In this document: positions 8,801 through 16,038 of the stretch, piece by piece
Position numbering within the stretch: the stretch's first letter is position 1
Layout of the letters: each line of letters starts with the position of its first letter
The notes under the pieces: model-generated
Database searches by the model: none
The model's input: the letters and a program-made list of their open reading frames with translations, nothing else
What the model was told of the DNA's origin: nothing
Program-made: the position numbers and the translations under genes
From: Chitinispirillales bacterium
GTDB taxonomy: Bacteria > Fibrobacterota > Chitinivibrionia > Chitinivibrionales > Chitinispirillaceae
DNA: 64,000 nucleotides
Direction: 5' to 3'
Assembly (NCBI GenBank): GCA_031281485.1
Contig: JAITFI010000101.1
Location: forward strand, 2,373-66,372

Positions 8801-10702
8801 CGGGGCCGCGAGGCTGAGGTCTACCGAAGCGGAATCCGGTATGTCGTCGGCGGATAGGACGGATTGGCCTCCGAAGAGCTGGTCGAGCTGGTCGGCCTCG
8901 GCGCCTTCGCCGTCGCCCGGGGCCATTGGGCTGATATCGATCGGAGCGGAAGCCGGCACGTCGACCGACAAAACCGACGCGCCGCCGAAGAGCGCGTCCA
9001 ACTGGTCAACCACGGCGTTGCCGCTGGAGTAGCCGCCGCCGTCGGCAGCCGACAGCGCTGAATCGTCGGTCAGCATGGACATCCCCGTCGGTTCCGGTTC
9101 TCCAGTTAACACAGATCCGCCCGTTAATAATGATTCATCTGCCGGCACAGACGGCGACGCCCCGCCGAACATCGTGTCAAGCTGCCCCGCGACGTCGTCC
9201 CCGCTCGGATGCCCGTCTTGGCCGCCGCCCATAGCAGCTAATACGGACTCCTCCGTTAATCCGGATCCGTCAGTTAATACAGATTCATCTTGCGGCACAG
9301 ACGGCGCAGGCGCAGCACCGCCGAACATCGTGTCAAGCTGTCCCGCGACGTCGTCCCCGCTCGGATGCCCGTCTTGGCCGTCGCCCATAGCAGCTAATAC
9401 GGACTCCTCCGTTAATCCGGACTCATCCGTTAATACTGATCCGTCTACAGCCAACTGTTCATCACCAGACGCCTGCGATTCCGGCCCCGGCTCCCCGAAC
9501 ATAGCGTCGAGCCGCCCCGCAAGGTCGTCCCCGCTGAGTTGGTCGTCAGCGCCCTCGCCATCCGCGCCCATAGCCTGCAGAGCGGACTCGTCCATCATTA
9601 TAGAATCTTCGTCTAACACCGGCTGTTCCGCCAAAGCGGCCCCTTCGGCCATCTCTGACTCAGCCAGCATTTCCGCCTCCGCCCCGCCGAATAGCGAGTC
9701 AAGCTGTCCGGCGACGTCATCCCCGCTGATTTGGCTGTCCGGTGGCGGGGCCGTGCCCACAACCACGTCGTTGGTCGGCACGGATTCCGATTGCGCCTCT
9801 CCGCCGAACATGGCTTCGAGTTGTCCCGCCACGTCATCCCCGCTCGGCTGGCTGCCATCCGGTCCAGCGGCGGGCGGCGGCGCCGACATCGGCGGCGGTG
9901 GGGACATCTGCATCGGCGGCGGAGGAGGAGGCGGCGGCATTTGCATCTGCGGAGGCGGCGGAGGCGGAGGCATAGGCATGGGCATAGGCATGGGCATCGC
10001 CTGCCCCTCAGCGCCACCGAAGGCTTCGTTGAGTTCTCCGATGCCTTCATCAAATCCCTGCGGCGGTTCCGGAGGCGTCAAGAACATCGCGTCGAGGTCG
10101 GCTCCGCCGCCGGCTTTGCCTTCCTGCTGCGCTTTAGCCTTGTCGCTGAATAGGGAGTCCAACTGGCTTTCGATCTGGCTTTCGAGGCTGCCCCCGTCGG
10201 GCGCTGACGCCGCCGTTTGCGCGCGGCTTGCGGGCGGCGGCGCTATCATTACGGGCTTTATCCCCAGTATCTCCGCTGCGGTGCCCCTCTCCCGTTGCTT
10301 GTTTTTGGCGGCGCAGACTCTGAGTTCGGCGTTGTCGGGCTCCATGTCGGAGAGGATGGCGTACAAACTGCCCGCCGCGGCGGCGCGTCCCGACGCTAGG
10401 TATATGTCGGCCATCATCCGCAACGCGACCGGGTTCCGTATATCGGCGGTGCAGACCTTCATGGATTCATCGGCGGCGGCGGCGAGATTGCCCTGCTCCT
10501 TGTAGCAACGGGCAAGCACCAAGCGCCCCGTGACGTAGTCTGGGTGCTCGTTCAGCCCCGCGCGGCACAACTCCACCGCCCCTTTAAGATCGCCGCTTTC
10601 GCGGTATAAATCCGCTAAGCGCGAGAACGCCCGCGACTTGGGGTTGCCCGCCAACTTCTGCTCAAGCTCCCGTATCGCCTGGCTCTGCCTCTTGGATCCC
10701 AT
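5819..10702 (-). CDS. Giant (1,627 aa) TPR-capped acidic repeat protein
   Basis: Start MGSKRQ at 10702 with GGAGAGAGG SD. N-terminal and C-terminal TPR-like helices, a Pro-rich tract, at least 15 copies of an SGDDxxxQLDxMFGG-type motif, a D/V/I-rich region, 13-aa tandem repeats and a K-rich tail. Confidence 0.85.
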   Translation of the reverse strand: MGSKRQSQAIRELEQKLAGNPKSRAFSRLADLYRESGDLKGAVELCRAGLNEHPDYVTGRLVLARCYKEQGNLAAAADESMKVCTADIRNPVALRMMADIYLASGRAAAAGSLYAILSDMEPDNAELRVCAAKNKQRERGTAAEILGIKPVMIAPPPASRAQTAASAPDGGSLESQIESQLDSLFSDKAKAQQEGKAGGGADLDAMFLTPPEPPQGFDEGIGELNEAFGGAEGQAMPMPMPMPMPPPPPPPQMQMPPPPPPPPMQMSPPPPMSAPPPAAGPDGSQPSGDDVAGQLEAMFGGEAQSESVPTNDVVVGTAPPPDSQISGDDVAGQLDSLFGGAEAEMLAESEMAEGAALAEQPVLDEDSIMMDESALQAMGADGEGADDQLSGDDLAGRLDAMFGEPGPESQASGDEQLAVDGSVLTDESGLTEESVLAAMGDGQDGHPSGDDVAGQLDTMFGGAAPAPSVPQDESVLTDGSGLTEESVLAAMGGGQDGHPSGDDVAGQLDTMFGGASPSVPADESLLTGGSVLTGEPEPTGMSMLTDDSALSAADGGGYSSGNAVVDQLDALFGGASVLSVDVPASAPIDISPMAPGDGEGAEADQLDQLFGGQSVLSADDIPDSASVDLSLAAPSGEAEADQLDELFGGQSVLSADDIPDSASVDLSPMAPSGNAVVDQLDELFGGQTVLPPAAMPAGDTSAALGEDVPSGNAVADRLDALFGGTLPPAAVPEDMAGAAQDLNIADDATKELDLPASPEIDAAMAEISGDDIENKLDVMFGTAPAAAEADEAALSAALEAETATPPADLQASSEEADEAALAAALEAEQTSVSGDDVENRLSAMFDAAAAPPPDIPDEPALVVDGNDAAPADEAAPPDTDTDAKTAGKLPSSIILDENGVDIAMAAPTSDDIEDRIDTMFGKSDPSMPKEPLVIDEDEAKAKAETEAAKTTEAPTDSIPVDASAAGEIDGADMTGDDVEARLAEMFGGDESDTTTAMALEEVMGVDIDGVDKVDGAYDADVVIGTDTAVDGIDTDSVISADGVVNVDDLVSADDAVGADGIVEVDSVDGLNLAQSPEPPETVIEQSQNDLTPDDTDNTVGAVDTAEDLLGVGDVVQIEDVVSADNAVGADGVVEVVDMNELLGIEKTDEVDNAIGMEPDITDDVVSIQDVVNASNEVDPNAVVDVFDMENFVGVKKTGEVDILSDTDDASGTVIDGVIDISNISDTVDNSVIDTDNVPVPVTDTVVDGVVDISNIIDTVDDTNNVIDTDSVVDISEFVGEDQVVEPVEDLLGIGDVINIDGIAGTDSVIDAGKFKDMDDEILAAGKINDMDDEILAAGKINDMDDEILAAGKFKDMDDEILASGKFKDMDDEILAAGKIKDMGDEILAAGKFKDMDDEILAAGKIKDMDDEILAVGKYKDMDDEIRAGKFTDKGASDPSVGAEDDIEDRLRQLFMTEGADPEPRLGSGLDSLDDAGGADVLSVAHSGGGGEVSGGAGAIGPDERDTPFDLPDHVLTSTLADIYYQQGQPRLALHIYERLMLRDPEDKRLLAKISEIKGVLQQLGEGGTAAPAVAAVRPEKAPSASSGRKKKAPAAEGRATDSRPLAGVRIKKSAPAKKGGKRAKPKP
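6411..6772. repeat. About 9.5 tandem copies of a 39-bp coding repeat
   Basis: Unit catatccttaatcttgccggcggcgagaatctcgtcgtc, reiterated head to tail. It encodes AAGK(F/I)KDMDDEIL inside the giant ORF. Confidence 0.9.
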
Positions 10703-10882
10703 TACCTCTCTCCCAAAACGATCTGCCCGTAAAAGACAACTTTCCAGAATACTATTAAATATAGTATCGGGCGGTACGGACGGCGCAAATATGTGCACAA
10801 ACTTTTTTTATTGAAAAAGTATTGACTTTTTGCGTACATTTTATTATCTTTCTATTTGAATGTCCGTTCGCGTTCAGAAAAT

Positions 10883-10957
10883 GCGGCCATAGCTCAATTG
10901 GATTAGAGCATCTGACTACGGATCAGAAGGTTAGGGGTTCGAGACCCTTTGGCCGTA
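10883..10957 (+). tRNA. tRNA-Arg (anticodon ACG)
   Basis: Manual fold: acceptor GCGGCCA/TGGCCGT (G1-U72 wobble), D arm GCTC-AATTGGATTA-GAGC, anticodon stem TCTGA/TCAGA with loop CTACGGA, T arm AGGGG-TTCGAGA-CCCTT. Confidence 0.8.
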
Positions 10958-10989
10958 TTTTTCTAAGCGCCATCGCAAAGGAGGCTGTC

Positions 10990-11337
10990 ATGAACATCTC
11001 TTCCGCCGCCCCGGTTTCCGGCATGAAAGCGGCAACGCAGAGATTGGACGTCACCGCCCACAACGTGGCGAACGTGAACACGAAGGGGTTCAAGGCTCAG
11101 CGCGCCGAGCAAACCGACGTCGTGAGGAGCTCCGGCCAAACCGCGGCGCGTGGCGACACCTACGAGCGCGGCGCCGGGACGCGCGTATACGACGCCGGGA
11201 GGGAGCGCCAGACCCCGGAAGACATGAACAAACAGATGACCGATATGATCACCGAGCGGAACACCTACGGGGCGAACGCCAAGGCGACGAAGATGAGGGA
11301 CAGGATGGAGGAAGAGACTATTAATTTGGTCGCTTGA
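10990..11337 (+). CDS. FlgC-like mini flagellar rod-family protein (115 aa)
   Basis: AAGGAGG SD. N-terminal SGMKAATQRLDVTAHNVANVNTKGFK matches the rod-protein N motif. C-terminal DMITERNTYGANAKATKM matches the rod C-terminal motif. The middle region is missing. Confidence 0.7.
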   Translation: MNISSAAPVSGMKAATQRLDVTAHNVANVNTKGFKAQRAEQTDVVRSSGQTAARGDTYERGAGTRVYDAGRERQTPEDMNKQMTDMITERNTYGANAKATKMRDRMEEETINLVA

Positions 11338-11387
11338 TCTATACCCATTATATTGTATTGTATTACATTGCAATAGACCGCTACAAT

Positions 11388-11463
11388 GCCGCTTTAGCTC
11401 AGTTGGTAGAGCAAGGGACTGAAAATCCCTGTGTCCGCAGTTCGATTCTGCGAGGCGGCACCA
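11388..11463 (+). tRNA. tRNA-Phe (anticodon GAA), CCA encoded
   Basis: Manual fold: acceptor GCCGCTT/AGGCGGC, anticodon stem AGGGA/TCCCT with loop CTGAAAA, T arm CGCAG-TTCGATT-CTGCG, then ACCA. Confidence 0.92.
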
Positions 11464-11479
11464 TCTTTGGGGAGGCTGA
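11416..11479. repeat. attL of prophage 1 (64-bp direct repeat; 3' part of tRNA-Phe plus 16 nt)
   Basis: Read by eye as identical to 44173-44236: ggactgaaaatccctgtgtccgcagttcgattctgcgaggcggcaccatctttggggaggctga. Confidence 0.9.
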
Positions 11480-11607
11480 TTTTACGTCAAAATACCCGTG
11501 GCGACCTCGAAAACGCCGTTTTTCTGCTTTAATCCATAAAACTTAATCCTTACATTGTTACTAAAACTGACCTATTTTTTAACATTTTTTTACTCATTTT
11601 TTAGCCG

Positions 11608-11634
11608 TTTGTAGTGACTTTTGTAGTGATATAG
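11608..11634. promoter_or_regulatory. Candidate integrase arm-type sites (left end)
   Basis: TTTGTAGTGACTTTTGTAGTGATATAG. A near-identical TTTGTAGTGACATTTGTAGCTATA sits at 44035-44058, inside the other prophage end. Confidence 0.5.
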
Positions 11635-11667
11635 TTTTAGGTGTATTTTGTCAAGCAAAACCGCGTC

Positions 11668-12720
11668 TTAGTTCGCCTTAAAAATTATCTTCTGTGCGCT
11701 CCTTAAGCTGTTCTTGTGGCGGTAGTGGGTCAGCATAGGGGTCTTCCATCCGGCGATGTCCATGATCTCGCGTTCGAGGTTGCCTAACTCATAGAGGTCA
11801 GAACTGCTGATATGGCGGAGGTCGTGCAGGCGCAGGTCTAGGATACCTGCCTTTTTAAGGACGTACCCCCAGTCGTGGCGCAGATTGTGATGGATATAGT
11901 ACCTCTCCCCCACTTGTTTATAGAACAAATGCGGGCAGTCGACAGGGATGGACTGAAAGTACCCACGTAGACACTCCGGTACGGGCTTGTAAATCGGCAT
12001 GTCCGCTTTGCTGTCGGGAATATAGACAGTGTTGGTGTCAGGGTTGTACTGCTCCCGCTTCGCAAAGACCAATTCCGAGACGCGGCAAGGAACGAGTAAC
12101 ATGTATAGTATAATGGGCAAAATTTGGGGACGGTGCTCTGCAATAGTTTTCAAGAGCAGTCCCCGTTCCGCGTCATCCAAGTACCTGTCTCTTGGCTTAG
12201 TCTCCAGCTTCGGAAACCTCAACTTCGTGATGGGGTTTTTCTGTATCAGCTCCAAAGCAAGCAGGTAATTGAAAACCGCCCGAATCATAATAGTGTACCC
12301 GTTGATTATGGAGTTAGAGTGACTCTGCTGAACTTCCCCGCGCCATTTTAACAACCGTGCGGGGACATCTTGCAGTGAGAACTCTCCATAAGTCCGCTTT
12401 AAGAAGTCGTAGCGTTTTATGTGGTGGGGGCTATCCTTACCCCGCACCTTTAAGTTCTCCACATACAAATCTACTGCCTCACCGAAAGTCCTGACCTGCG
12501 GGTCATCCGTCCCGCTACTAAAGGTTCTATCTATCGGCTCTGTTGTCAAAGAACTTGGGACGGGAGTTAAAAGAGAGTTTTTTAACTCGGCCTCCCGCGC
12601 CTTAGCCTCTCGCAACAACCCCCGAAACCGCTCTGCTTTCTGTTTCGGATAGGGGCATCCCGATACCCGAAAAGAAACCGTGATTAGATAGAGGCCTTCG
12701 CTTAATTTTTTAATGGCCAT
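11668..12720 (-). CDS. int: Tyrosine recombinase / phage integrase
   Basis: 350 aa. RVSEL Arg, HDLRH box and THYRH Tyr region. About 200 bp downstream of tRNA-Phe. Confidence 0.9.
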   Translation of the reverse strand: MAIKKLSEGLYLITVSFRVSGCPYPKQKAERFRGLLREAKAREAELKNSLLTPVPSSLTTEPIDRTFSSGTDDPQVRTFGEAVDLYVENLKVRGKDSPHHIKRYDFLKRTYGEFSLQDVPARLLKWRGEVQQSHSNSIINGYTIMIRAVFNYLLALELIQKNPITKLRFPKLETKPRDRYLDDAERGLLLKTIAEHRPQILPIILYMLLVPCRVSELVFAKREQYNPDTNTVYIPDSKADMPIYKPVPECLRGYFQSIPVDCPHLFYKQVGERYYIHHNLRHDWGYVLKKAGILDLRLHDLRHISSSDLYELGNLEREIMDIAGWKTPMLTHYRHKNSLRSAQKIIFKAN

Positions 12721-12805
12721 ACGGCATCTCCTTTCCTGCCGTACAGCCTATACTCCACAAATAGAATCTGGTATTTGCGGGCGTCTGAAGTCAAGATATT
12801 TTTTT

Positions 12806-13015
12806 TTAATTATCAGCGACGATGTTATTGCCGTTTTCGATGGCGGCCATAATCGTGGCCCGATGAAATTTATGCCTTGAACCTACCTTGCAGTGGCCTA
12901 TAATGCGCTCTCTGTTCAGCTCTACCCACCGGGGACTGAGATCGACCATTTTTGCGAGCGCACGTCCGTCGAGGAGAAGGGGTTCGACTTCTTGTTTAGG
13001 AATCTTAGTGCTCAT
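12806..13015 (-). CDS. xis: Excisionase/AlpA-like helix-turn-helix protein
   Basis: 69 aa. LLDGRALAKMVDLSPRWVELNRERIIGHCKVGSRHKFHRATIMAAI resembles excisionase-family HTH proteins. It sits next to int. Confidence 0.6.
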   Translation of the reverse strand: MSTKIPKQEVEPLLLDGRALAKMVDLSPRWVELNRERIIGHCKVGSRHKFHRATIMAAIENGNNIVADN

Positions 13016-13188
13016 ATAGAGCCTCCTTTAATTATTGAATTTAAGATGATTTTTAACTCTTTAACGTCCTCCTGCACCTGCCGTAGTTCGTGATACAACT
13101 CTGTTAATAGCGAGGATTTGAGACAGCCGTCCCCAGGTTTCCGTCTCGCCCGTTCCTCCCGCATCATATCCGTCATACCGTCCGACAT
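13012..13188 (-). CDS. Hypothetical small protein (58 aa)
   Basis: Start MSDGMTD with AAGGAGG SD. The 4-nt overlap with the xis start suggests coupling. The longer 110-aa version lacks an SD. Confidence 0.5.
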   Translation of the reverse strand: MSDGMTDMMREERARRKPGDGCLKSSLLTELYHELRQVQEDVKELKIILNSIIKGGSI

Positions 13189-13411
13189 ACCGCCTCCTTT
13201 TTGAGCGTTCTGGCCGATGGCACAGATTTGTGTCAGCGGTGATTTGAAAACGCCTCCAACTACTAATACTAATATACAAAACGAAACCCTGCGAAACAAT
13301 ACCCTTACGGCAACAGCCATAGGCAAAATATAGCGTAACATCAAGGGTTGGGTAGATTAAACATACCCCGCCTCTTTCAGCTTCCGAGGGGGGTCGATTG
13401 AATCGACATCC

Positions 13412-13720
13412 TTAACATACGGGACGGCGTCCCCCTAAATTAGATAGAGGCGGTGAATATTGCAACTCTCTCTTTACTAACCAAAAGCTCTCTTCATAGA
13501 GGTTGCCATTCCTTCTTACAAAATAAGAGTTACAAAAGTTTTCAATATCACAAGGAGTCTGATTGTTAGGCGTAAAAAACTTAAAATCACAGTTAGCACC
13601 TTTGAGTAACAAGTTGACCGTTGGCGCATAATAAGATAAAAACAGATCGATGCTCTTAATAATTTCTGAAAACCATGATTTAGAGTCCGCGATCAGTTCC
13701 CAAAATTCGCGTAGCTTCAC
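13412..13720 (-). CDS. Hypothetical protein (AT-rich island)
   Basis: 102-aa ORF with a GTG start and no SD. The frame stays open upstream into the CoiA-like stop region, so a frameshifted continuation cannot be excluded. Confidence 0.35.
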   Translation of the reverse strand: MKLREFWELIADSKSWFSEIIKSIDLFLSYYAPTVNLLLKGANCDFKFFTPNNQTPCDIENFCNSYFVRRNGNLYEESFWLVKRELQYSPPLSNLGGRRPVC

Positions 13721-13824
13721 ATAAAGGTCTATGAACTTATGGTGAGGCTTTGTGCAAGATTCATACCAACGTATATTATAAGAATACGTTGTACGATAAC
13801 ACTTAACCTTGTTGTAAACCTCGG

Positions 13825-14856
13825 CTATGTGTCTATGCTAGTGGATATATGTTTCATCTCTTCTATTAGATAGCTATTTAGCTGTGTTCTCATGCTCACA
13901 TTTTGGGGCAATAAGTTAGTTTTAATTAACTCTGTAACAGCATTAATGTAGTTTTCCAAAACACCTTCAAGTGTATTCAAAACTTCTAATATCCCACTTA
14001 CTATGTCGGCATCTCTATAGCTGAAGTCCGCGAATTTAATTTCAGTCGCATTAGTAACTGACAGCGCTCTTGCATTATATCTTATGTAAGGTCGTGTAAC
14101 TTTGTGCATTAAGCCCTTAGCATAAGTTATCTCGTTATTTCGTACATAAACTTTCGCAGGTAAAACTGTACACGGTATCAAACAGCTATCAAAACTTATA
14201 AGTCCGTCAAAATCTTTACTTATAAAATCATGGTCGAGGTGTAGATTCTTATGATTAACTTTTAAACACTGCCAAAAGTTATCAAGGTAACATTCAGTAA
14301 TTGTCCCGTCGGTATCAAGTTCACTATAAGTATAAAGATATAACCGCATACCATACAAACCTAACAAATACCTTTCCCAAGGTTTTAGTCTTTCCTTAGA
14401 TAATTTACCACAACGCATAGTTTCGTGACGTTCTGTAATATTAGGAATTAGCCATATAACCGCAATATCTTTATTTTTATATGCAGTCATCCTCTTTTTT
14501 ATAGTGTCTATGTCTATATTGCTTTTTTGTATTTCAATCGCAACTTTAACTCCGTTAATTTCAGCATAAACATCAGGTCTGACTTCTTTAAGGTATAGTT
14601 CCAACGCGACATTTTTACAAGTTTCAGTTTTTGAGTTCAAATAATCATATACAGCAGTCTTTATCTTGTAGTGAGTCTCGCTTTCTCCATGTCCGTAGCA
14701 ACAGTCGCACTTCACTTTGTGCGCAAAATGCGGAATCTTTACATGTCCTTTTTTCAGAGTTAGTTTAGAACCACATTCCGGGCAGTAGTAAGAATCGCCC
14801 TTCTTAGCTTCTTTAGCAAGGCATCTCTCTTTGTTTTCATTTTGAGCTACAAGCAT
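13825..14856 (-). CDS. CoiA-like (competence protein CoiA family) nuclease-domain protein
   Basis: 343 aa. YYCPECGSKLTLKKGHVKIPHFAHK..C...ESETH..K....RPDVYAEINGVKVAIEIQKSNI....Y.NKDIAVIWL follows the CoiA family pattern. The C-terminal ~170 aa is unassigned. Confidence 0.7.
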   Translation of the reverse strand: MLVAQNENKERCLAKEAKKGDSYYCPECGSKLTLKKGHVKIPHFAHKVKCDCCYGHGESETHYKIKTAVYDYLNSKTETCKNVALELYLKEVRPDVYAEINGVKVAIEIQKSNIDIDTIKKRMTAYKNKDIAVIWLIPNITERHETMRCGKLSKERLKPWERYLLGLYGMRLYLYTYSELDTDGTITECYLDNFWQCLKVNHKNLHLDHDFISKDFDGLISFDSCLIPCTVLPAKVYVRNNEITYAKGLMHKVTRPYIRYNARALSVTNATEIKFADFSYRDADIVSGILEVLNTLEGVLENYINAVTELIKTNLLPQNVSMRTQLNSYLIEEMKHISTSIDT

Positions 14857-15826
14857 TGCTGTCAGCCTTTCTTTTCCAAGTCCTGCCTAGTTTGCCATAC
14901 CTTGCTTTAATCCCGAACTCCTTATTGTACGCCGCCCGATATTTCTGTTGGGTCTTTACAGATATATCAGAGAGACCTTCCATACAAGCCTCTTGGTGGC
15001 TTTTTCCCTCTATCCTTAACTGTCTGTACTTCCCGAACCTCTCTTCATACTTGTTTTTTTGACATTGACCCCAAAATCTAATCCTTTTGAACTTTCTGTC
15101 TGTTTTCCGAAAATATTCGATTATTCTGTCTATCTCGTCCTTGGTGAAGTCTTCTTGAATATAACCGTAGGCGAACTCCTCCATCCAACAGCCTACGTCC
15201 CCCCTCTCTTTGACCATTTTCAAGAGGGTTCTGAAAATGAAGTGGTTCCTGTTCCCTTTCACGAACTCGCCTGCCTCAGAATTAGAATCCCCACGTGATA
15301 CAACTTTAGCATACCCATTGAGGGGGAAAGCAGAAAATCCTATAAATTTTGAGGGGTCGTAGTGGTAGCTTTCACAGTCAAAATTCGTATAGACGACCCT
15401 GTTAGGGTAAAAGAACCCCCTGAACGGGTCACAGCATTTTTTATCGAAATTAGCCCCCAGTTTTTCTGCTATCTGTCTGTAGACGTTTTTATAATTACGC
15501 GGGGTCAAGGCGGTGTTATCGATCTTCACCAAGACGTGGGTGTTTCCTGAACTCGATTCCATGACGGCCATTATGGAGTCATAAATATCTTCGGGATTCA
15601 GTCTATTCGGAGAATTCATATCTTCCAGAAACGACGACGGGCTGAAATAATCGTAATCGAAGCACATCGTATCCGAGAAATTCGGATAATTCTGACTCCA
15701 AATAACCATCGGACGCTTTTCTTTAGGGACATTAGGCATACAAATTTTTTCCAATTCAATATTCTTAGGCTTCCAGTACCGCTTAGGCGATCTTAAACTA
15801 GGTTTTACCGTTCTTCTTAATTCCAT
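14837..15826 (-). CDS. Putative primase/replication-initiator-like protein
   Basis: ATG at 15826. GNRNHFIFRTLLKM resembles the PriCT-type motif. The N-terminal half has a VLVKID..CCDPFRGFFYPN pattern reminiscent of archaeo-eukaryotic primase-like Rep proteins. It overlaps the CoiA-like gene by 20 nt. Confidence 0.4.
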   Translation of the reverse strand: MELRRTVKPSLRSPKRYWKPKNIELEKICMPNVPKEKRPMVIWSQNYPNFSDTMCFDYDYFSPSSFLEDMNSPNRLNPEDIYDSIMAVMESSSGNTHVLVKIDNTALTPRNYKNVYRQIAEKLGANFDKKCCDPFRGFFYPNRVVYTNFDCESYHYDPSKFIGFSAFPLNGYAKVVSRGDSNSEAGEFVKGNRNHFIFRTLLKMVKERGDVGCWMEEFAYGYIQEDFTKDEIDRIIEYFRKTDRKFKRIRFWGQCQKNKYEERFGKYRQLRIEGKSHQEACMEGLSDISVKTQQKYRAAYNKEFGIKARYGKLGRTWKRKADSNACSSK

Positions 15827-15966
15827 AAAATGCTCCAATCGAAAAAGATTAGTCTCTCCGAAAAGAAAAAAGGCGGGTAGGTAGGATCAGACCATAATCC
15901 CAGGTAGCTAACCCGTGGCCCCGCCCTTTTCATATAATATAGCACAAACAAGCCGTTCAATCAAAC

Positions 15967-16038
15967 CCACGTCGGACGAGGGCGTCCTTTACCCTTGTTT
16001 TTCGGACAGGGGTAAAACACGGCTTTTTTACCCTCGTT
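15967..16038. repeat. Structured ~72-bp repeat, copy 1
   Basis: About 80 percent identical to 17039-17113. Contains three GGGTAAA/TTTACCC arms able to form alternative hairpins. Overlaps the stop of the 16028-16699 gene. Confidence 0.8.

Noticed and set aside
6164-10505. Long plus-strand ORFs (438 aa at 6164-7480, 476 aa at 9075-10505, and many shorter ones) opposite the giant gene
   Set aside because: They are artefacts of repetitive, GC-biased coding DNA read antisense. They are Ser/Pro/Ile-rich, have no SD, and mirror the repeat structure of the minus-strand gene.
5819-10702. Reading the QLDxLF motifs as beta-sliding-clamp binding motifs
   Set aside because: The clamp-binding consensus is the pentapeptide QL(S/D)LF. 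The repeats here have an extra residue (QLD-x-LF) and often M instead of L, so the match is not exact. It is left as an unassigned motif.
10822-10989. N-terminal part of ORF 10822-11337
   Set aside because: It runs straight through the tRNA-Arg gene. The ATG at 10990 has a perfect AAGGAGG SD and starts the rod-protein motif.
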